A DNA stretch of 64,000 bases from Bacteroidales bacterium (GTDB lineage Bacteria; Bacteroidota; Bacteroidia; Bacteroidales; F082), in the NCBI GenBank assembly GCA_024400305.1, contig JAKSMX010000010.1, forward strand, positions 18,283 through 82,282, written 5' to 3'. A model generated the notes under the pieces. The model did not search any database. It saw only the letters and a list, made by a program, of their open reading frames with translations, and had not been told where the DNA came from. This document shows, in pieces, positions 58,266 through 64,000 of this stretch; positions within the stretch are counted from its first letter, which is position 1, and every line of letters begins with the position of its first letter. A program made the translations under genes and the position numbers.

Positions 58266-59909
58266 ATGAAAATAAAAACCACACTTGCTATCATCCTGGC
58301 GTTCATCGCCGTTTCGGTCAGCGGACAGACCAAGCAGAACAACTTTGAGATCTCAAAGAGCCTCGACATATACAATAACGTGTTGAGGGTCTTGAACATG
58401 TATTACGTTGACGAGATAAACCCGTCGGAACTCAACGAAGACGCCATCAACGCGATGCTCGAAGGTCTCGACCCTTACACCGTGTTCATCGCCGAAGAAC
58501 ATATCGAGGACATCAAGCTGATGACGACGGGCGAATACGGCGGCATCGGATCGACAATTCAATATTTTGAGGGCAAGACGCAGATTTCCGACCCGTATGA
58601 GGGCTTTCCGGCGCAAAAAGCGGGACTCATCCCCGGCGACATATTTCTAGAAATCAACGGCATCGATGTCTCAAACAAGAAATCCGACGAGATCAGCGAG
58701 CTCCTGAAAGGCACGCCCGGCACGACAGTCACGCTGAAAATGCAACGTTACGGTGAAAAAGAGCCTATCGTGAAAGAGATAAAACGCGAGAAAATCAAGA
58801 TCGACAACATCCCTTATTCGACAGTATTTGACAACGGCATCGGCTACGCCACGCTCTCGCAGTTCACCAAAGACTGCGCCAAGGAACTGAAGGACATTTT
58901 CTTGGAGATGAAGAAGAACAACGACCTCAAAGGTTTCATCATCGACCTGAGAGGCAACGGAGGCGGATTGCTCAACGAGGCCGTTGACATCGTAAACATG
59001 TTCGTCCCGAAGAACAAACTCGTCGTATATCAGAAAGGCAAGCTCTCCGACCAAAACTACAACCACTTCACAAAGAACGAGCCTGTCGATCTCGACATCC
59101 CGCTCGTGATCCTCGTGAACGAAAGCAGCGCCTCCGCCTCGGAGATAGTCTCCGGCTCCATCCAGGACTTCGACAGAGGCGTCATCATCGGGCAACGCAC
59201 TTTCGGCAAGGGATTGGTACAGAACATCTTCCCGCTCAGTTACAACACCCAGATGAAAGTCACGGTGGCACATTACTATCTGCCGAGCAAACGCTGCATC
59301 CAGGAGATTGACTATGCGAAACGACGCAAAGGTGCCGCCATGGATTCAACAGCAAAAAACGACACCCTCGGCCCGCAGTTTCGCACCGCCAACGGCAGAA
59401 TCGTCCATGAAGGACACGGCATCACACCCGACATAAAGATTGAGCCTGAATTGATGTCAACGATAACGGCACATCTTTACGCCAAGAACCTTTTCTTCAA
59501 ATATGCCAACAAATTCTACAGAGAACACAAATCAATAAAAGAACCTGAAGACTTCAAAATCAGCGATGAAGTTTATCAAGACTTCATGAAGTTCGTGAAG
59601 GACGAGGGTTTCACGTTCACGTCAGAAAGCGAGAAGGAGATTGACGAGCTCAAAAAAATCATGAAACTCGAAGGCTATCTGACCGAGATTGAGCCTTACG
59701 TCAACGAAGTGAAAGCCCGCATCGAAGCGGAGAAGGAGAAAGACCTCATCGACAACCGAGCGGAGATTGAAGAGGTGATGAAAGACGAAATCATCGGACG
59801 CTATTACTATCAGAAAGGCCGCATTATCAGTGCGTTGCAGAATGACAAAGACCTTGAACGCGCGTTCGAGGTGATTCTCAACGAAGAGTATAAAGATATT
59901 CTGAAATAA
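58266..59909 (+). CDS. ctp: S41-family C-terminal processing peptidase
   Basis: Signal peptide MKIKTTLAIILAFIAVSVSGQ, a PDZ region, LVNESSASASEIV (catalytic Ser) and a GQRTFGKG motif. Confidence 0.85.
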   Translation: MKIKTTLAIILAFIAVSVSGQTKQNNFEISKSLDIYNNVLRVLNMYYVDEINPSELNEDAINAMLEGLDPYTVFIAEEHIEDIKLMTTGEYGGIGSTIQYFEGKTQISDPYEGFPAQKAGLIPGDIFLEINGIDVSNKKSDEISELLKGTPGTTVTLKMQRYGEKEPIVKEIKREKIKIDNIPYSTVFDNGIGYATLSQFTKDCAKELKDIFLEMKKNNDLKGFIIDLRGNGGGLLNEAVDIVNMFVPKNKLVVYQKGKLSDQNYNHFTKNEPVDLDIPLVILVNESSASASEIVSGSIQDFDRGVIIGQRTFGKGLVQNIFPLSYNTQMKVTVAHYYLPSKRCIQEIDYAKRRKGAAMDSTAKNDTLGPQFRTANGRIVHEGHGITPDIKIEPELMSTITAHLYAKNLFFKYANKFYREHKSIKEPEDFKISDEVYQDFMKFVKDEGFTFTSESEKEIDELKKIMKLEGYLTEIEPYVNEVKARIEAEKEKDLIDNRAEIEEVMKDEIIGRYYYQKGRIISALQNDKDLERAFEVILNEEYKDILK

Positions 59910-59983
59910 GAATCTCCAATGACAAATATCCCGCGGATTTAACGCAGGTTTTTACTTGAAAATGTAAACCATAGCGGAAACCA

Positions 59984-60178
59984 TTGTCTGATTGTTTGAC
60001 CTATAGGTCTGAAATCAGCATTGAACTCGTGAAAATCGACTTCAACCACCAGCTCGCTGGCGTGCCATTGTTCTTCGAAGGCGAAATCCTGGCGGTCCGC
60101 GAACTCACCGAAGCCGACATGGGCGGCGGATGTCATCACTGCCACCACGAAGACGGCGGCTGCGACGGTTGCAAATAA
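59984..60178 (+). pseudogene. slyD: C-terminal remnant of a SlyD-type FKBP peptidyl-prolyl isomerase with a Cys/His metal-binding tail
   Basis: IDFNHQLAGVPLFFEGEILAVRELTEAD matches the terminal FKBP strands (E. coli VDGNHMLAGQNLKFNVEVVAIREATEEE). The tail is GGGCHHCHHEDGGCDGCK. An in-frame stop at 59972 and only 75 nt back to the ctp stop leave no room for the N-terminal ~100 aa. Confidence 0.5.
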
Positions 60179-60202
60179 CAAATCGAGAGCAACAAAAAAA
60201 CA

Positions 60203-60222
60203 AGGGCCATTTAAATGACCCT
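60203..60222. terminator. bidirectional intrinsic terminator hairpin AGGGCCAT-TTAA-ATGACCCT flanked by an A-run and a T-run
   Basis: A7 tract at 60194-60200 and T6 tract at 60226-60231. It lies 27 nt downstream of the minus-strand OMP gene stop and 25 nt after the plus-strand remnant stop. Confidence 0.65.
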
Positions 60223-60248
60223 CGCTTTTTTGTCTGACAATCAACAAA

Positions 60249-60920
60249 TTAGAATTTGTAAATCATACCAAGTACAATATCAGTGCTCTCATTAACACCG
60301 AAACCGAAAGTATTTGACTTCTCTGTCACTTCGCAATTAACAAAACCCGTTTGAGAATCCGACGTAATCTTTGAACCAGCATAACCAATGCTCAAAACAT
60401 TCAATTTTCCGCTGAGTGAAAAATGCTCGTTAAGTATGAACTCAATGCCAGGGACGACTGCGACACCCCATTCAAAACATTTTGGTCCTTTTTCGCATGT
60501 TCTATCATTGTCAACAATAGTAATGAAATTGTCGTATGTTCCTGCAAATGAAACCTTTGCGTCTGCAAACAATTTTACTCTATTGAAATTGCCATAGACA
60601 TAACGGAAAAATGGAGCTGCCTTCCATGTTGAAATATTGTTCTTGTATGTCACGTCATTTTCAGCGTCAGTCTTCACTGAAGATATTCCGTATCCGACTT
60701 CAAGACCAGCACCAAATTTTTCATTGAACATGTAGCCGACAAATGGATTGATTTCAAAAATTGTAGTTTTTGGATTGTCATAAGTCGTTGTAAGAATGTC
60801 TGTTTTTGTTTCAACTTTTCCTGAATTAAAACCGAAACCGATGTTTCCACCGACAAAAATCTGGGCGTTGCAGAAAAATGCAGCCGTCACCATTGCAAAT
60901 GTTAAAAATAACTTTTTCAT
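60249..60920 (-). CDS. outer-membrane beta-barrel (porin-family) protein
   Basis: Signal peptide MKKLFLTFAMVTAAFFCNAQ, alternating strands, and a C-terminal ...VLGMIYKF. A minus-strand TACATTTG box lies at 60988-60995. Confidence 0.65.
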   Translation of the reverse strand: MKKLFLTFAMVTAAFFCNAQIFVGGNIGFGFNSGKVETKTDILTTTYDNPKTTIFEINPFVGYMFNEKFGAGLEVGYGISSVKTDAENDVTYKNNISTWKAAPFFRYVYGNFNRVKLFADAKVSFAGTYDNFITIVDNDRTCEKGPKCFEWGVAVVPGIEFILNEHFSLSGKLNVLSIGYAGSKITSDSQTGFVNCEVTEKSNTFGFGVNESTDIVLGMIYKF

Positions 60921-61063
60921 AGCTGTTATTTATTAATTTCGCCTACTCTTTATGAGATTTTCGGCATCCTCTCTTTGAAATTTCTTGCAAATGTACACAT
61001 TATTTCGTAGCTAAAAATATTTTTTAAAAAAATTTCACCAAACGCGTCAAATTTAATACTAAC

Positions 61064-62146
61064 CTATCTTCTTCCGCCGCCCGACCTCGAACTGCTTGAA
61101 GATGATGAACTTGAACTCTTTGATGATGAACGCCTTGACGATGAGCTGCCCGAAGAACTTCTTGCCGAAGACGACCTTGATGATGACGAATTTGAAATTG
61201 CTGATGACGAATTTGTCGTTGTCGGTTTCGCCGATGACGTTCTTTGTGAGCTTGAAGATGACGATGTTCCTGCCGAAGACGATGTTCTTGAACCCGACGT
61301 TGACACTCCTGATGAGCCCGAATGCACGGTTCTGCTTCTGCCGGAAGAGACATTAACTCCGCCGGAATTTCCATTGTATCTCCTTGAAGTTGAGCCACCT
61401 GCGCTCACCGCCGCCGAATTGTGATAACGGTTTCCCGAAACTCTCGGCGCGGATTGCGTGTGATTAACCGTGGTAGTGACGACAGTTCCACCCACAGGTG
61501 CTACAATATGAACGCCGCTGCCCGGATGCCAGTTGTTTCCATTGAAAACCACGTAATTGTTATACACACAGCAAGGATTATAGCCGTAAGCGTAAGCCCA
61601 TCCCGGAGGCGGTGTGACATAATAATATCCGTAAACCGGCGGACGCTGCAAATGCACGTCAAAAGAATAGTTGACCACCGGTTCCGGCTCTTTCGTCACA
61701 ACGTAATCCACATCCATCGGAGCGTTCAAACAAAGCGAAATCGACTTGAACTGTTCGTAAGCCGTAAGCGGATACCATTGATTTTCAAACTCATAAACAG
61801 GCAAAACCGAATATACCGAATCATAATAAAGCAAACCGAGATCCATTTCCAACTTGATTCTCTTTATCTCTCCCGCCTTGACCTTAATGCTTTTTTTGAC
61901 GTAATAATGATCAACATCAGGTTCCATCAAAATGATGAAGTCACCTTTATATGTTTCAGAACCAATATTTTTCACGTCATAGTAAAACTGGGCGTAGTCT
62001 TCATCGTTGGCAGTATATAATTCCATTTTCGGCTGAGAAACCATCAGCAGCTCCGGTTCGTAATAAGTCTCCGTTGATTCTTGCGCATAAAATTTCATCG
62101 ACATCAACACGCTGATTATCAGCATTAAAAACTTGATATTTTTCAT
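61064..62146 (-). CDS. secreted hypothetical protein with a ~110-aa Ser/Arg-rich low-complexity tail
   Basis: Signal peptide MKNIKFLMLIISVLMSMKFYAQ, a Tyr/Pro-rich middle (YGYYYVTPPPGWAYAYGYNPCC), and a tail ...SSSRRSSSKSSSSSSSSSSRSGGGRR. Confidence 0.5.
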   Translation of the reverse strand: MKNIKFLMLIISVLMSMKFYAQESTETYYEPELLMVSQPKMELYTANDEDYAQFYYDVKNIGSETYKGDFIILMEPDVDHYYVKKSIKVKAGEIKRIKLEMDLGLLYYDSVYSVLPVYEFENQWYPLTAYEQFKSISLCLNAPMDVDYVVTKEPEPVVNYSFDVHLQRPPVYGYYYVTPPPGWAYAYGYNPCCVYNNYVVFNGNNWHPGSGVHIVAPVGGTVVTTTVNHTQSAPRVSGNRYHNSAAVSAGGSTSRRYNGNSGGVNVSSGRSRTVHSGSSGVSTSGSRTSSSAGTSSSSSSQRTSSAKPTTTNSSSAISNSSSSRSSSARSSSGSSSSRRSSSKSSSSSSSSSSRSGGGRR

Positions 62147-62164
62147 ATTTTTAAAATTTTAGGT

Positions 62165-64000
62165 TTACCAGTCGTTTTTGTCGCAGGAAAAAACGATTGC
62201 AGTCCTTGCCACGTTATAAATTTTCATCGTCACTTTCTCACCGTCTTTTTCCGATGGGAAATTTGTGTTCGTGTCAACATTTTCAAAGCCGCCAAAACGT
62301 TTCTCGTCAGTGCTGAAAATGATTTTGTAATCGCCTGTATCTTTTACATCTATCTGATAATCAGGCAATGACTTCTGACCCCAGTTGAAAACGAAAATAA
62401 AATTATTGCGTTCAAAGACGATAGTTTTGTTTTCTTCATCGGCATTGAGAAGCCATGCGGGAGCCGCCGACATCACCTTCGTCTTTTTCATCAACTTAAG
62501 CATTTCATTGTCAAAGTCATTGAGCCAGTGATACTTAAGATTTTTATCATCAACCAGCGACCATTGGCGGCGTGCGTGTTTGTAGCTCCAGCCGTTGTCT
62601 TTTCTCGGAAAATCAATCCATTCGGGATGGCCGAACTCGTTGCCCATGAAATTAAGCCATGCGTCGCCGCCGAGCGAAATCGTGAACAGGCGGATCATTT
62701 TATGCAATGCGATGCCTCTGTCAACGATAAAACTCTGCGAATCTTTCGACATCGAAGTGTATATTTCTTTGTCTAAAAGTCTGTGCGCCAATGTCTTATC
62801 GCCCACCATCGCCTGATCGTGCGATTCCGCGTAAGCAATTGTCTTCACATCGCTCATCCTGTTTGTCATCGTGAAGAAAAACTCGTGCATGTTCCATTCC
62901 TCGTCAGTCTGGTCTTTCAGAACCTTTATCCAGAAATCAGGAAGCCCCATTCCCAAACGGAAGTCGAAACCGATGCCGCCATCCTCAATCGGAGCGCAAA
63001 GTCCGGGCATCCCACTCACATCCTCAGCAATGGAAATGTATTTCTTGTCAAGCTCATGTATCAATTCATTCGCAAGTTGCAGATATGTAACCGCTTCATT
63101 GTCAATATTTTCGCCAAAATATTTCCAAGGATTATCAAAAGTGACTCCGATGCCGTGATCAAGGTAAAGCATGGATGTCACGCCATCAAAACGATAGCCG
63201 TCGAAATTAAATTCCTCAAGCCAGTAGCGCACATTGGAAAGAAGGAGCTGCAAGGTCTCGACTTTCCCGTAATTGAAAAGCTTGGAGTCCCACAAAGGAT
63301 GATCTCCATTTTTTCCAGTCTTAAGATATTGATTATCAGTCCCATCAAACAGATTCATCCCTTCACGGACATTTTTCACCGTATGAGAATGAACAATGTC
63401 CATTATGACGAGCAATCCGAACCTATGTGCTTCATCCACAAGCATTTTCAAGTCTTCCGGCGTGCCGAAACGCGAGCTTGCCGCAAAAAGGTTGGAGACG
63501 TGATAGCCAAACGAACCGTAATACGGATGTTCGGCAATCGCCATCAATTGAACAGCGTTATAGCCATCCGCTTTGATTCGTGGCAACACATTGATTCTGA
63601 AATCGTTATAAGAACTCACATCCTCTTTTTCCTGTGCCATCCCGACATGAGCCTCATAAATGAGTAACGGCTCGTCTTTTATTTTAGGATGTTGATTTTC
63701 AAAAACATACGGTTTTTCAGGATTCCAAAACTGACCGCGGAAGTCTTTGGAGTCTTCGTCCTGCGACACCTTATTGATATATATAGGAATACGTTCCTGC
63801 TCGCCGATGCTCGACTGCACAAGCACTTTCAGCAGACTGCCGTGAACGAGGCGTTTTGAATATTCCGAATCAGGAAGGAAAATCTCCCAAATGCCATTTG
63901 CGTTTCTTTCCAACGGGTCGGCGTAACGATTCCAGCCGTTGAAATCGCCGAACAACGACATATAATGCGCGCCCGGCGCCCACTCGCGATACCACCAGCC
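62165..64000 (-). CDS. glgB: 1,4-alpha-glucan branching enzyme (GH13), 5' end outside the window
   Basis: The frame stays open upstream of the listed Met (GWWYREWAPGAHYMSLFGDFNGW). GH13 motifs DIVHSH, GYRFDGVTSM, IAEDVSG and YAESHDQ. Confidence 0.85.
   Translation of the reverse strand, partial: GWWYREWAPGAHYMSLFGDFNGWNRYADPLERNANGIWEIFLPDSEYSKRLVHGSLLKVLVQSSIGEQERIPIYINKVSQDEDSKDFRGQFWNPEKPYVFENQHPKIKDEPLLIYEAHVGMAQEKEDVSSYNDFRINVLPRIKADGYNAVQLMAIAEHPYYGSFGYHVSNLFAASSRFGTPEDLKMLVDEAHRFGLLVIMDIVHSHTVKNVREGMNLFDGTDNQYLKTGKNGDHPLWDSKLFNYGKVETLQLLLSNVRYWLEEFNFDGYRFDGVTSMLYLDHGIGVTFDNPWKYFGENIDNEAVTYLQLANELIHELDKKYISIAEDVSGMPGLCAPIEDGGIGFDFRLGMGLPDFWIKVLKDQTDEEWNMHEFFFTMTNRMSDVKTIAYAESHDQAMVGDKTLAHRLLDKEIYTSMSKDSQSFIVDRGIALHKMIRLFTISLGGDAWLNFMGNEFGHPEWIDFPRKDNGWSYKHARRQWSLVDDKNLKYHWLNDFDNEMLKLMKKTKVMSAAPAWLLNADEENKTIVFERNNFIFVFNWGQKSLPDYQIDVKDTGDYKIIFSTDEKRFGGFENVDTNTNFPSEKDGEKVTMKIYNVARTAIVFSCDKNDW

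Noticed and set aside
59939-60247. 102-aa minus-strand ORF between ctp and the OMP gene
   Set aside because: It has no recognisable motif. The opposite strand encodes a clear FKBP/SlyD C-terminal signature, and the ORF would run through the terminator hairpin at 60203-60222.
61096-61356. Plus-strand 86-aa ORF and minus-strand 124-aa ORF (61024-61398) inside the Ser-rich region
   Set aside because: These are alternative-frame shadows of the low-complexity tail of the 61064-62146 gene.

Overview
The window looks like a Bacteroidota (Bacteroidales-like) chromosome. Three things support this: many T9SS C-terminal sorting domains, TAnnTTTG -7 promoter boxes, and gene pairs such as DUF4271/hemD-like, rnpA/yidD and pta/ackA. 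Most of it is housekeeping: manA, era, der, queA, upp, purE, hpt, adk, malQ, deoC, ettA, LptF/G, ackA-pta, rnpA-yidD, ctp and a partial glgB. Four accessory or unusual blocks interrupt this. (1) A secreted-protease arsenal: one M6 metalloprotease plus three tandem gingipain-like C25 paralogs, all with T9SS tails. The sorting domains of two of the paralogs appear homogenised. (2) A 1241-aa surface lipoprotein with eight Fn3-like modules followed by nine 26-aa LRR-like repeats. The repeat scaffold is almost invariant even at synonymous sites, while three fixed di-codon positions per repeat are hypervariable, an architecture reminiscent of TALE RVDs. (3) An hpdBCA operon for the glycyl-radical enzyme 4-hydroxyphenylacetate decarboxylase (p-cresol forming). 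It is bracketed by a diverged 45-bp direct duplicate of the ettA 3' end, which is an insertion/HGT scar, and it sits next to an Rpn-like PD-(D/E)XK gene. (4) At least three families of intercistronic hairpin repeats: a 27-nt REP-like unit, a 76-bp GTTGAGAG-type hairpin present as a 6-copy tandem array, and a 72-bp unit. They are oriented with transcription and usually end a few nt before the next start codon. No CRISPR array, rRNA, integrase or recognisable defence system was seen. One initiator tRNA is present.
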